A stretch of 64,000 bases of DNA, from the NCBI GenBank assembly GCA_020137815.1, contig CM035355.1:8184001-8248000 (forward strand). The letters run 5' to 3'. The position numbers and the translations under genes were made by a program. Numbering within the stretch: the first letter of the stretch is position 1; each line of letters begins with the position of its first letter. Below, in pieces: positions 46,505-60,087 of this stretch. Origin of the DNA: Hormiphora californensis (Eukaryota > Animalia > Ctenophora). The notes beneath the pieces were generated by a model, which saw only the letters and a list, made by a program, of their open reading frames with translations, searched no databases and had not been told where the DNA came from.

Positions 46505-48835
46505 TAGCTACGATCTGCAGGATAAATTCAAGGCCTCGCCTAACGACAACTAGTGTCAATCCTCCGGGTCAGATCCGGTCTTCTCTTGTCTTAGGCCTTG
46601 TCTTTCTCACACAGAAACTGTTACCAGTCTCTGATAAACCCAGAAAAGACAAAACAGAAAAGTATAAAGAGCCGAATATATACCAAAGAACTTAGCGAAT
46701 TGGAAAAACGAAACCTCAAATTAATTTGTTTAAAGTAGTGTTGAAAAGTTTGACACATATATGTTTGTAATTAATGTTATATTAATAACGGTGCATACAC
46801 CGCGAGAGTTATTGTCAGAATTGTATTGAGTGTATGTGATATTATAGTCATAATCTGATGTTTGCGTCTGTCAAATATGAATTATTGGGTCTTGAACTAT
46901 TTACTTTTTTGCATTGCTTCAAATCTTGTTCGCTCAATTGCCATGCTATTATAGTCTATAGATAATGGAACTTCATAATTCCTTCGCTTTCTTAGGGTCA
47001 GCACACACCAAAGTTTAAATTAAAATTTTAAACCCGCACACACCAGCGCTGATAAAATTTCTCTCCCCCATTCTATAAGTAACAATCTCGCGCACCATTT
47101 TAACGGTCGCGTTGGATGACAAAATCATTTTATCATCCAACGCGATCGTCAAAATCGCGTCTCGGTTACGGTCCATCATTCTGTTTTTTTCTACAAAATT
47201 AAATTTTAATTTGGCACAAGACCGGGTAACCACCGTTTATCTTGGTATTTTTAGAGCAATCACTTACACACTATCATGGCTTGGTATACGGAGGTATTCC
47301 AGGAAGAAGAACAGGGGAAGAGAGAAGTGAGAAAGATATGAAGTTGAAGAAGAGAGAGATGTGAAGTGGGAGAAGAGAGAGAGAGATATATTGAGAAGCG
47401 AAAATGGAAGTAAAAAGTGATCATGTGTGGACCTCGATAGATGATCAGAAAGGAGATTGGGAGAAAGGGGAAGAGAGAGATAGAAGGAGAGAAACAGAAG
47501 GAGAGAGAGATAGAAGGAGAGAGATAGAAGGAGAGAGATAGAAAGAGAGAGATAGAAGGAGAGAGAGAGATAGAAGGAGAGAGAGATAGCCGTTTAGGAA
47601 GACCAATTTTGACTCGCTTTTGCGTTCATGGTGGTACGGGAATAATCACGCACCTGATCTTCTCCCAATCTTTATCTCACTTTTTATCTTTAATCGTGCA
47701 CATTTGTGCAATTTGAAAATTTGTTGGCAGTGGAAAGGAGATAATCAATGCTTAAATTTTATTTCTGTGGCCCTTAATTTCACTTATTTTTTTCTCTAGT
47801 AAGTAGAAATAGGTATGGCACACTTACTGTTATCTCACAGATAGAGAATTTAAAGCATAATTCCACTAAAATACTATGTATGTGATATAGAATTAAGTAA
47901 TAGTAGTTTACTAAAATACTATGTGATATAGAATTAAGTAATAGTAGTTTACATCAGTCTAACAGACATGTGTGAAAAACGAAGCATATATTGAGACAAA
48001 GAATTTCTTCTTAGTGGTTTTATATCCAGTCCGCCAGCCCCTGCCTGATTAAATCTGTATTGTCTCCCACTCTAAGGTGGATTAAACTAAACCTATTTAG
48101 CACGTAGTATAATAGTTTAAAATACTTAACACACTTTAACTCAGTCTAGATCACCACACACCTGGTGGTGTTGTAATCTACTTTACAGTTCTCTGAGCTC
48201 AAGAAATCTAAAATCCCTCTTTAAATGAACATATAATATCACGTTTAGGGCATATTAATAACAATAATAATAATAATAATAATATAAGTTTTTGTATACC
48301 GCCCAGGCAAAACAGGGCCAGCAAACTGAATTTTGACTGACACTGCTCAGCGTCAGAGCGGTATACCTAAATTATAACACCTTCCTTACTTATGACAGGC
48401 AATTTTGCATTTGCGGGCATCGCACTATAGACGCAGTACCCACGTACTATAGACGCATTATAAACGCATTATAAACGCATTATAAACGCATTATAGACAC
48501 ACGCAATATAGACGCAATTTCGTAAGCAGCACTATAGACGCAATATAGACGCATTATAACAGCAATATAAACGCATTTTTATAGACGCGACGCAGTATAG
48601 CCGCATTATAGGCGCACTACCCACCCCAAAATCACCTTATAGACGCACTATAGACGCATTATAGACTGACTATAGCAGCACCATAAACGCTACATAGACC
48701 CATATAGACGCATGATAGCAGCATTATAGACGCAAATCGCTTTTTATAGACGCCGCGTCTATAAAAAACGTGCTTTTTTAAGAAGCACTATAGACGTACT
48801 TCAGGCTACAGTGCGATATTTGAGGCGCAGTTGGG

Positions 48836-49495
48836 CGTTTTATAAACGCATTTTGTCGCATATAAAAGGAAGCAGTATAGACGCATTATAGACGCATTAT
48901 AGCCGCATGTGTGCGAAATCGATAAAGACGCAATATAGACGCAAAATAAGAAGGAGAGGGAGGGAGAGGGAAGGAGGGAGGGAGAGGGAAGGAGAGGGAA
49001 AGAGAGGGAGGGACTGAGGGAGGAATACAGGGACAGAAACAGAGACAGACGGATAAAGACCTGAGACAGAAGGACAGAGTAAGATGGAAAGAGAGTAAGA
49101 TGGAAAGAGAGTGATATATAGGGACGGAGTGAGACAGAAAAAGACAGAGATGGAAACAAACGGACAGAGACAGACGGACGGACAAACACGCGCTTACTAT
49201 CTCCCTCTCTGTCTCACTCTCTCTCTCTCCATCTTAATCTCTCTCCATCTTACTCTGTCCGTCTGTCTCAGATCTGTGTCCATCTGTCTCTGTCTGATCT
49301 GTCTCTGTATCCCTCCCTCTTTCCCTCTCCTTCCCTCTCCCTCCCTCCCTCCCTCCATCCCTCTAGTCTCTCTCCCTCTCCTTCTTATTTTGCGTCTATA
49401 TTGCGTCTTTATCGATTTCGCACACATGCGGCTATAATGCGTCTATAATGCGTCTATACTGCTTCCTTTTATATGCGACAAAAATGCGTTTATAG
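48836..49495. repeat. Long imperfect inverted repeat centred near 49192, embedded in TATAGACGCA repeats (48420-49735)
   Basis: 48836-48960 is the reverse complement of about 49375-49495; a GA-rich arm mirrors a CT-rich arm. Confidence 0.85.
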
Positions 49496-49735
49496 TTCGC
49501 AAGCCCAAATGCGGGTCAACTCATAGTGCTCTTAAAAAGCAGTTTTGTGGGCGTCTATGCGTTTGCTCTATATGCTGCTATATGCGTCTATAGTGCTGCT
49601 TTAAAAAAATGGCAACGTTTTTTTTTTAGAAAAGCGCTATCTGGTCCGTCTATAAAAAGCGATATTGCTGTTATGAGCTCTATATTGCGTCTATAGCTGC
49701 TCAATTTCGTCTATATGGGTCTATGTACGGTTTGG

Positions 49736-52154
49736 AAAAAAAAAAAAGGGGGGGGGGGGGGGCCCAAAAAGGGGTTTCCCCCCCTTTTTAAAAAAATTTC
49801 CTTTTTGGGGGTTTTTCCCAAATTTTTTTGGGTTTTTTTTTAAAGGGGGTTTTAAAAAAATTTTTTTTAAAAAAAAAAAGGGGGGGAAAAAAAAAAAAAC
49901 CCAAAAAAAAAAACCCCCCCAAAAAAATTTTTAAAAAAAAAATTTTTTTTATTAAAAAATTTTTTTAAAAAAAAAAAAGGGGAAAAAAAAAAATTAAAAA
50001 AAAAAAACCCAAAAAACCGGGAAAAAATTTTTTTTTGGTTTCCCAAAAAAAAAGGCCCCAAAAAAAAAAAGGGGGGGGGAAATTTTTTTTTTTTTCCCCC
50101 GGGAAAAACCCCCAAAAAACCCCCCAAAAAAAAAGGGTTTTTTAAGGCCCCCCCCCCCCCCGGGGCCCTTTTTAAAAAAAGGTTTTTAAATTTTTTGGGG
50201 GGAAAATTTTTAAGCTCCAAAAGGGGGGGGCCTTTCCCCCCCCGGGGGGGGGGCCCCCCCTTTTTGGGGGGGGCCCCCGGAAATTTTATTTTTTTTTTGG
50301 GGGGGGGAAAAAAATTTTGGGGGGGGGGGGTTTTTTTGGGGGGGGGTTTTTTTTTTGGGGGCCCCCCAAACTTGGGGCCCCCTTAAAAAACCCCTTTTTT
50401 TGGGGTTTTTTTTTCCCCTTTTTTTTTTTTCCCCGGGTTTTTTTGGGGGCCCCTTCTTTTCCCCAAAAAATTTTTTTTTTTTTAAAAAAGGGGAAAAAAA
50501 TTTTGGGTTTTTAAAAAATTTTAAAAAAATTTTTTTTTTAAAATTTTCCCCAAAACCCCCCCCCCCCCCCCAAAAAAATTTCCCCCAGCACCCAAAATTT
50601 TTTTAAAAAAAATTTTTTTTTTTTTCCCCCTTTTTTTTGGGGGGGGAAAAAGGCCCCCCAAAAAAACAACCCCCCCCCAAATTTTTAAAAAAAAAAAACC
50701 CCCCCCTTAAAAAAAAAACCCTTTTTTCCCCTTTTGGTTTTTTTAAAAAAAACCCCCAAAAAAACCCCCCCCTTTTTTCCCCCCCTTTGGGGGTTTTTTA
50801 AGTTTTAAAAAAAAAATTTTAAAACCCAGGGGAAAAAAAAAACCCCAGAAAAAAAAACCCAAAAAAGGGGGCCCCGGGGGGTCCCAAAAGGGGGGGGGCC
50901 CCTTTTTCCCCCCCCCCCCCCCCCCCCAAAAAAAAACCCCCCCCCCCCAAAAAAAAACCCCCCCCCCCCCCTTTTCCCCCCAAAAAACCCCCCCCCCCAA
51001 AAGGGGGGGGGGAAGGGGGGGGAAAAACCCCCAAAAAAAAAATTTAAAAAACCCCCCCCCCCCGGGTTTAAAATTTTTTTCTTAAAAATTTTTTAAAAAC
51101 CCCCCCCAAAATTTTTTTAAAAAATTTTTAAACCCCCGGGGGAAAAAAATTTTTTTTGGGGGTTTTTTTTGGGAAAAATTTTTTTTTTTTTTAAGGGGGT
51201 GTGAAAGGGTTTGGGGGGGTTTTTTTTGGGGCCTTTTTCCCCCCCCCCAGGTTTGGGGGGGTTTTAAAAATTTTCCCTTTTTTTTCCCCCCCCAAAAAAA
51301 ATTTTAAAAAAATTTTAAAAAGAAGGGGGCCCCCTTTTTTTTTTTTTCCCCCTTTTTTAAAAAAGGCCAAAACCAAAAAAAGGGGGTTTGGGGGAAACCC
51401 CCCAAAAATTTTTTAAAAGGGGGGAAAAACCCCTTTCCCCCCCCCCCCCAACCAACCTTTTTCCCCCCTTTTTTTTCCCCCCCCCCCTTTTTTCCCCCCC
51501 CCCCCTTTTTTTTTCGGTTTTTTTTTTTTAAAAAAAAATTCCCTTTTGCCCCCCCCCAAACCCCCGGGCCCCCCCCCCCAAAAAAAACCTTTTTTCCCCC
51601 CCTTTTAAAAATTTCCCCCCAAACCCCCCTCCCTTTTTTCCCCCAAAACCCCCCCCTTTTTTCCCCCCAAAAAAGGGGGGGGAAAAACCCCCGGGGGAAA
51701 AAAAAAAGGGGGGGGAAAAAAAAAAAAAAAGGTTTTTCCCCCCCCCCCCCTTTTCCCCCCCCTTCCCCAACCAAAAAGGGGGGTAAAAAAAGGGTTTTAA
51801 GGGTTTTTTTAATTTTTAAACCCCCCCAAAATTGGGGCCCCCTCCTTGGGGCCTTTTTTTTGGAATTCCCCCGTTAAAAAAAAAAAAGGCCCTTTTAAAA
51901 TTTTTTTGGGGGGGAAAAAAATTTTTAAAGGTTTTGGGGGCCCAAAAAAATAACCAAAAAAACCCCCCAAAAAAAAAAACCAAACCCCGAAAAAATTTTT
52001 TAAAAAACCCCCCTTTTCCCCCAAAAGGGAAAAACCCCCCGGGGGCCCCCCCAAAAAAATTTTTTAAACCCCCCTTTTTTTTTAAAAAAAAAACCCCCCC
52101 CCCCCAAGAAAACCCCCCCCCCCCCTTTTTTTTCCCCAAAAAAATTTTAAACCC

Positions 52155-52188
<34 letters not shown>

Positions 52189-54560
52189 GGGGGCCCCTTT
52201 TTCCCCCTTTCCCAAAGGGAAAAGGGGGGGTTTTTTTTTCCCCCCCCAAAGGGGGGCCCAAAAAAAAGCCGAGGGCCCCCCCCTTTTTTTTTTTTAAAAA
52301 AAGGGGAAAAAAACTCCAAAATTTTTTTTTGGAAATTGGCCCCCCGGGGGAAAAAAAACCCGGGGCCCCCTTTTTTTTTTTTCCCCCCCTTTTTTTTACC
52401 CCAAAAAAAAAAAGGGGTTTTTGGGGTTTTTTTTAAAAGGGGAAATTTTTACAAGGGCCCCCCACGGCCCCCCTAAAAGGGGGGGCCCCTTCAAAAAAAA
52501 ATTTTCCCTTTTAAAAAAAAATTTTTAAAATTTTTAAACTTGGGAAAAAAAACCCTTTTTAAAAAAAAAGGGGTTTTAAAAACCCCTTTTTTCCCCCCTT
52601 TTTTTTTTTTCCCCAATTTCCCCCTTTTTTCCCAAAAAGGCCCTTTTCCCTTCCCCCCCCTTTTAAAAATTTTTTCCAAAAAAACTGGGCCCCCCCCGGG
52701 GGGGGGGGTTTTTTTTTTTTTAAAAATTTTTAAAAAGGGGAAATTTTTTTAAAAAATTTTGGGGGGGGCCCCCCGGGGGGGGAAAAAAAGGGGGGAAAAA
52801 AACCCCCTGGGGGAAACCCCCGAAAACCCTTTTTCCCCCCAAAAAAAAAACCCCGGGCCCCGGTTCCCAAAACCCCCCTTTCCCAAAACCCCCCCCTTTT
52901 TTTAAAAAACCCCCCCCCCCCCAAAAAAAAAAACTTTTTTCAAAATTTCCCTTAAACCCCAAAACCCCCCCAAATTTTTTGGGGGGGTTTTCCCCCCCCC
53001 TTTTTTTCCGGGGGGGGTTAAAAATAATTAAAAAACCCCCCCCCCCGGGGGGGTTTTTTTCTGAAAAAAAGGGGGGGGCCCCCCCCCCAAAAAAAAAAAC
53101 CCCCCCTTTTTAAAAAAATTTTTAAACCCCCCCTCCCCAATTTGGAATTTAAAAAAAATTTTTTAAAAAAAACCCAAAAATTTACAAAAAATTTTCCCCA
53201 AAAAAAATTTTTTTTAAAAAAACCCCCGGGTTTTTTTTAAAAAAAAAATTTTTTTCCCAAAAAAAACCCCCCCCTTAAAATTTTTTTTAAAAAAGGGGTT
53301 GGGGGGAAAAAACCCCCCCAAAAAAAAACTTCCCCTTTTTTTCCCCCCCCCAAAACCCCCAAAATTAAAAAACCCCAAAAAAAATTTAAACCCCCCCCCC
53401 CTTAAAAAAATTTTCCCCCCCCCCCCCCAAAAGGGGAAAAACCTTTTTTAAAAAATTTCCCGAAATTTTCCCCCCCAATCCCCCCCCCCCCCCGAAAACC
53501 CCCCAAAAAATTCCCCCTTCCCCTTTCCCCCCCCCCCCCGGGAAAAAAACCTTTTTCCCCCTTTTTTTCCCCCCGGGGGGGTTTTTTTTTTTAAAAAAAA
53601 AAAAAAAATTTTTTTTTTTTTTTTTTTTCCCCTTTTTTTTTTTTTTAAAAAGGCCACCGGGCCCCCCCCAATTTTAAACCTCGGGGGGGTTTTGGGGGGG
53701 GAAAACCCCCCCCCCCCCCCCCTTTTTTAAAAAAAAAAAGGGGGGGAAAAAAAAAAAAAAAAAATTTAAATTTTTTCCCCCCCCCCCCCCCCCCCCCCCT
53801 TCCCCCTTTTTCCCCCCCCCCCCCCCCCTTTCCCCCCAAACCCCCCCCCCCCCCCCCCCCTTTTTTTCCCCCCCCCCCCCCCCCCCCCCTTTCCCCCCCC
53901 CCCCCCCCCCCCCCCCCCTTTTTTTTCCCCCCCCCCCCCCCCCCCAAAAAAACCCCAAAAACCCCCCCCCTCCCCAAAAAAAACCCCCCCCCCTTTTTTT
54001 TTTGGGGGGTTTTCCCCGGGCCCCCCTTTTTCCCCCCCCCGGGTTTTTTCCCCCCCCCCAAATGGGCCCCCCCCTTTTTTTCACCCCCCGGCCCCTTTTT
54101 TGGGTTTCCCCCCCTTTCCCCCCCCCCCTTCCCCCCCCCCTTTCCCCCCTTTTTTTTTTTTATTTCCCCCCCCCTTCCCCCCTTTTTTCCTTTTTTTTTT
54201 TTTTCCCCCCGGGCCCCCCCCCCAAACCCCCTTTTTTCCCCCCCCCCCCCCCCCCCCCCCACCCCCCCCCCGCCCCCCCCCCCCCCGGCCCCAACCGGGG
54301 TCCCCCCCCCCCCAATTTGGGGGTTTCCTTCCCCCTTTCCCCCCTTTTTTAAAAACCCCCCCGGAAAAAAAAAAATTTTTCCCCCCCAAAAAAAAAACCC
54401 CAAAAAACCCCCCCCCAAAACCCCCCGGGGCCCTTTCCCCCCCCCCCGGGTTTTTTAAAAAAAACCCCCCCCCCCCTTTTAAAGGGGGGGAAAAAACCCC
54501 GGGGGGCCCCCCCCCCCCCCTTTTTTCCCCCCCAAAAAAACCCATTTAGGGGGGGCATGA
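49736..54560. other. Homopolymer-run low-complexity tract, probable long-read base-calling artefact
   Basis: 4.8 kb of A/C/G/T runs with no periodic unit, starting as the second arm of the inverted repeat degrades. Confidence 0.8.
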
Positions 54561-55234
54561 TTATCCCGTGATTTCTAACTACCAAATCCCTTCACAATTA
54601 TGCAATTTTATAGGGGCATTACATCCACACCATTCTTATCATCCTAAGGAACCATCAAAAATCTTGGACTCTTTTGAATTTCTCCCCCTCCCCCACTCTT
54701 CTTTCCCTACCCTCCCCCCCCCCCCCCCTCTCCCTCCCCTCTCCCCCTCCTCCACCCCCCCCATTTCACCCCGCCCCCCCACCCCACCCCCCACTCCCCA
54801 CCATATTAATAAAAAAAATCCCTTAACCCACATAGAGACTACATATTCCACCACCAACCAACGGGAAAAAAGATAAAAGGAACAAAAATTACTCCCCGCC
54901 AATCCATTCCACTCAATCATAACGCTCCCAGAAAAAATCCCCAAACCTCTAAAATTTAAACTCCTTCCTAGACTCCACAATTATAAACTCAGCGAGTAAA
55001 TTCAGTTTAGGAGGGATTTAAACTCGAGGAGACATGAACAATCAGTAAACATCAGGAACCAATCAGAGCTCGTTATTTAGGGCACGTGACTGGTTATCAG
55101 CCAATCAGGGACCAGTATTTCCTGATTTAAACTCGAGACATGAACAATCAGTAAACAATAAAACGTGTCTTTTGGCACAAAACCTGCATCCCTGTATTTG
55201 TATTGCAGCTGGCAGCTGGCAGCATTTCTGTGGG

Positions 55235-55328
<94 letters not shown>

Positions 55329-55339
55329 TCACTCGCTAT

Positions 55340-55422
<83 letters not shown>

Positions 55423-55431
55423 ACTCGCTAT

Positions 55432-55478
<47 letters not shown>

Positions 55479-55532
55479 GGCGGGATGCAAAATGCCAGTA
55501 TAGCTTCAATCAAATTCGTTTTAGTAAATTCA

Positions 55533-56190
55533 ACTTCAGGTCATCTTATAGTTATTTTAACTCTACTTCAGGTCATCTTATAGTTATTTTAACTCTACTT
55601 CAGGTCATCTTATAGTTATTTTAACTCTACTTCAGGTCATCTTATAGTTATTTTAACTCTACTTCAGGTCATCTTATAGTTATTTTAACTCTACTTCAGG
55701 TCATCTTATAGTTATTTTAACTCTACTTCAGGTCATCTTATAGTTATTTTAACTCTACTTCAGGTCATCTTATAGTTATTTTAACTCTACTTCAGGTCAT
55801 CTTATAGTTATTTTAACTCTACTTCAGGTCATCTTATAGTTATTTTAACTCTACTTCAGGTCATCTTATAGTTATTTTAACTCTACTTCAGGTCATCTTA
55901 TAGTTATTTTAACTCTACTTCAGGTCATCTTATAGTTATTTTAACTCTACTTCAGGTCATCTTATAGTTATTTTAACTCTACTTCAGCTGTCATCTTATA
56001 GTTATTTTAACTCTACTTCAGGTCATCTTATAGTTATTTTAACTCTACTTCAGGTCATCTTATAGTTATTTTAACTCTACTTCAGCTGTCATCTTATAGT
56101 TATTTTAACTCTACTTCAGGTCATCTTATAGTTATTTTAACTCTACTTCAGGTCATCTTATAGTTATTTTAACTCTACTTCAGGTCATCT
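55533..56190 (+). repeat. 32-bp tandem array (about 20 copies), unit TATAGTTATTTTAACTCTACTTCAG|GTCATCT
   Basis: The unit contains an acceptor-like TTTTAAC..YYYCAG. Confidence 0.92.
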
Positions 56191-56246
56191 CTACTTCTAT
56201 AACAGTAGAGAGAAATTAATATTCCATACAGCGACGAGAATTATAT

Positions 56247-57090
56247 TATCACATTTACCAATAATTTGTTTGGAATTCTTGTAGAACTCTTATCAGCTGT
56301 CTTATAGTTCATATCGTTACTTCTTATCTACCTCACAACTAACTGGTGTTATATCACATTTACCAATAATTTGTTTGGAATTCTTGTAGAACTCTTATCA
56401 GCTGTCTTATAGTTCATATCGTTACTTCTTATCTACCTCACAACTAACTGGTGTTATATCACATTTACCAATAATTTGTTTGGAATTCTTGTAGAACTCT
56501 TATCAGCTGTCTTATAGTTCATATCGTTACTTCTTATCTACCTCACAACTAACTGGTGTTATATCACATTTACCAATAATTTGTTTGGAATTCTTGTAGA
56601 ACTCTTATCAGCTGTCTTATAGTTCATATCGTTACTTCTTATCTACCTCACAACTAACTGGTGTTATATCACATTTACCAATAATTTGTTTGGAATTCTT
56701 GTAGAACTCTTATCAGCTGTCTTATAGTTCATATCGTTACTTCTTATCTACCTCACAACTAACTGGTGTTATATCACATTTACCAATAATTTGTTTGGAA
56801 TTCTTGTAGAACTCTTATCAGCTGTCTTATAGTTCATATCGTTACTTCTTATCTACCTCACAACTAACTGGTGTTATATCACATTTACCAATAATTTGTT
56901 TGGAATTCTTGTAGAACTCTTATCAGCTGTCTTATAGTTCATATCGTTACTTCTTATCTACCTCACAACTAACTGGTGTTATATCACATTTACCAATAAT
57001 TTGTTTGGAATTCTTGTAGAACTCTTATCAGCTGTCTTATAGTTCATATCGTTACTTCTTATCTACCTCACAACTAACTGGTGTTATATC
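56247..57090 (+). repeat. 105-bp tandem repeat x8
   Basis: Identical units starting TATCACATTTACCAATAATTTG at 56247, 56352, 56457 and onward. Confidence 0.93.
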
Positions 57091-57750
57091 AATTATGCGA
57101 ATATTTAAATTGTCCGAGTTATATCGTGTCCGGTTGTAATTCAGCCACCATCCTTTGCTATAAATATATCATTTCGCACACATGGAATAGTATTATAGCT
57201 GGGTCAGAACTTGAAAATAGTTCATATTGCAGCTCATATTTCATTGCAGCTCATATAATAATGTTGATCAGCACCTGGCGGATAGTCAGTTGAAGCCACG
57301 TAGCAGCGTATACTGTGCGATGATAAATATTCCATATTTCCATTACTGCTCTAGTTTCGGAAACTATCTATCACTCTTCCAGGTGGAAATGTGTATGACG
57401 GACTCTCTACACATCTCTCTTTCTCTCTCTCTTTCTCCCTCCCTCCCTCTCTCTCTCGCCATCCCTCTTCTCTCTATCTTTCTCTGATCTCGCAAATCTA
57501 CATATCGATTATCGCCCTTGAAGTTGGTTCCGCAATGTTATAATATTCCGAAGAGCGTGAAACCACAAAGCGGCCTGCGATTTGTTGATTCAGCTCGATT
57601 CAATGTAGAATTGTAGGAACATACCCCCTAATGTGGCACTAGTGTCTTAATATTTCTCAGAGGAGGTCCAACACTTTCATTCGCTCTCAGTGCTTGGAAA
57701 CTTTATGAAAAGTTCTTTAATCTACATGGAGGGTTCGCACCATTGGCATA

Positions 57751-59221
57751 CACGGTGCCCCTGAAGGAAGTTCCACCTCGACCGAGTCCCCCAGCAAAAC
57801 GAACGGTTGTGTGACCTAAAGGGGACCTCTGGGAACTACGGAGGACCGTGGGGGAAAAGATTTAAAAGTAGCCTAAAAAATTACAACGATAGAAAGATAG
57901 CTATCGTTTTTTTCACTTTGAAAATACGACGTTTCTTTAACAAAATCCTTGATCAGGAAGATGCAAGTGTCTCCCACCTATTTTGTGACGTAGAATCGAA
58001 TGCCGTTGAAGTCAAATCTCTAAAATGTTAGTAAAATGGTGAAAATCGCGTTTTTAGGTGTTTTTTGGTGAAAAAAGCGTTCAAACTGGTACTAGATGAT
58101 GAGATAGAGTCCCAAAAGTATGACAAATCGCTTTTTTGGGACCTTTTCGCCCTAGAAGCAGATTTTTATGAAAATCTGGTTCAGCGCCTATTCTCTGTAT
58201 ACTTTCAAAGAAGGTGAATATTGCTCTTATTTAGCCAATTTTGAAGAAAAGTCATCCAAAACAGTACTAGATGATGAGATAGTGGCCCAAAAATATAACT
58301 AATCGATTTTTTGGGTCTTTTCCGTCCTAGAAACAAATTTGCATGGCGGTCGGATGATACGTTTCCTCTCGGTAGGCCTCGATGAAGTAGGTGGAAATAG
58401 CCAAAATATAGCGATTGCGGCAAATGAATGTGGATAAACGTTGACCAAACCCACTTTAGCATCATGTATGACCTATCTCTGGGCTACTGGACTATGCAAG
58501 AGCCATACATGATGATGAAGTGGGTTTGGTAAACGTTTATCCACATTCATTTGCCGTAATCGCTATATTTTGGCTATTTCCACCTACTTCAGAGGCCTAC
58601 CGAGAGGAAACGCATCATCCGACCGCCGTGCAAATTTGTTCCTAGGACGGAAAAGACCCAAAAAATCGATTAGTTATATTTTTGGGCCACTATCTCATCA
58701 TCTAGTATTGTTTTGGATGACTTTTCTTCAAAATTGGCTAAATTAGAGCAATATTCACCTTCTTTGAAAGTATACAGAGAATAGGTGCTGAACCAGATTT
58801 TCATAAAAATCTGCTTCTAGGGCGAAAAGGTCCCAGAAAAGCGATTTGTCATACTTTTGGGACTCTATCTCATCATCTAGTACCAGTTTGAACGCTTTTT
58901 TCACCAAAAAACACCTAAAAACGCGATTTTCACCATTTTACTAACATTTTAGAGATTTGACTTCAACGGCATTCGATTCTACGTCACAAAATAGGTGGGA
59001 GACACTTGCATCTTCCTGATCAAGGATTTTGTTAAAGAAACGTCGTATTTTCAAAGTGAAAAAAACGATAGCTATCTTTCTATCGTTTTAATTTTTTAGG
59101 CTACTTTTAAATCTTTTCCCCCACGGTCCTCCGTAGTTCCCAGAGGTCCCCTTTAGGTCACACAACCGTTCGTTTTGCTGGGGGACTCGGTCGAGGTGGA
59201 ACTTCCTTCAGGGGCACCGTG
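57751..59221. mobile_element. 1471-bp foldback non-autonomous transposon, Chapaev-like (CAC...GTG termini, 4-bp TSD CATA)
   Basis: CATA|CACGGTGCCCCTGAAGG...CCTTCAGGGGCACCGTG|CATA; arms of about 710 bp, near-perfect. Confidence 0.82.
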
Positions 59222-59690
59222 CATATCTCGCACATCTCGGTCTACATCTAGCATGCCGGAACGTTCCATCACATCTGTAGCGCCCAATCTATATTATTAT
59301 AGAAGACCCTCTATTGCATGCTGGAATTTTGTAGATGCCGCGGATTCTAAATCTAGGATAATTTGTTGATGCATTTCCTGATCCGTAGTTTATGCTAATT
59401 TATTATTATCTATTACTATTTTTACCATACTATTAATATGTTATCTGCCCATCTTCACCGAACGACTAATTTCCTCAGAAACTTGCTAGACCTCTAGCAT
59501 CCCAACTATATTATAGCCTAAATTTGACTCTCACTATAATTCCCTTCTTATTAATTATTGCAGCTTGAGTTTGTGTGGTGGGAAGGTACCCCATACTGCA
59601 CAGCAGGGTACACCTGATCTGAGAAAGTTCCCCATCTCGCAACATCTGATCTGATATCTGATATATCATCATGTTCTGGTATTATTATAG

Positions 59691-59893
59691 GCTGCTGAGA
59701 GGTGCTGCAGATCGGGAGCGAGGAGGAAAAGGAGGAAAACACACTTTACGAGATATGATCAACTCTCCTGGAAGCGGCACTTATAAAAGTAGCAGTTCGG
59801 TGATCAATTTACCAGGTACTTACAAAAGTAGCAGTTCAGTAATTAATTTACCAGGTACTTATAAAAGTAGCAGTTCAGTGATCAATTTACCAG
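59691..59893 (+). other. Putative exon of an unidentified gene with a triplicated 39-bp donor segment
   Basis: Acceptor tattattatag at 59690; CCAG|GT donors after 59815, 59854 and 59893; open frame ...GTYKSSSSVINLP x3. Confidence 0.45.
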
Positions 59894-59930
59894 GTAATTT
59901 TGAAGTTACAAAGTTGATTATTATGTAGTA

Positions 59931-60087
59931 CAGTCGGACCCCGATTTACCGGAACCCCGATTTACCGGGAGGATAATCTTCCCCCGAAATAGGAAATTAA
60001 CAGTATTTGAACCCGATATACCGGGCACCCCGATTTACCGGGCAAAACCCTTTCCCCCGAGCAACCCGGTAAATCGGGGTCCGACTG
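59931..60087. mobile_element. Tc1/mariner-type MITE (TIR CAGTCGGACCCCGATTTACCGG, TA TSD); related copy at about 61830-61992
   Basis: TA|CAGTCGGACC...GGTCCGACTG|TA. Confidence 0.88.

Larger units (their letters stand above)
43100..46700 (-). mobile_element. Near full-length CR1/L2-group LINE with ORF1, ORF2 and a (TTG)n tail
   Basis: Two consecutive minus-strand ORFs; tail seen as (CAA)n at 43100-43125. Confidence 0.88.

Noticed and set aside
49867-54585. Numerous G/K/F/P-rich ORFs
   Set aside because: Products of homopolymer runs in a probable base-calling artefact.
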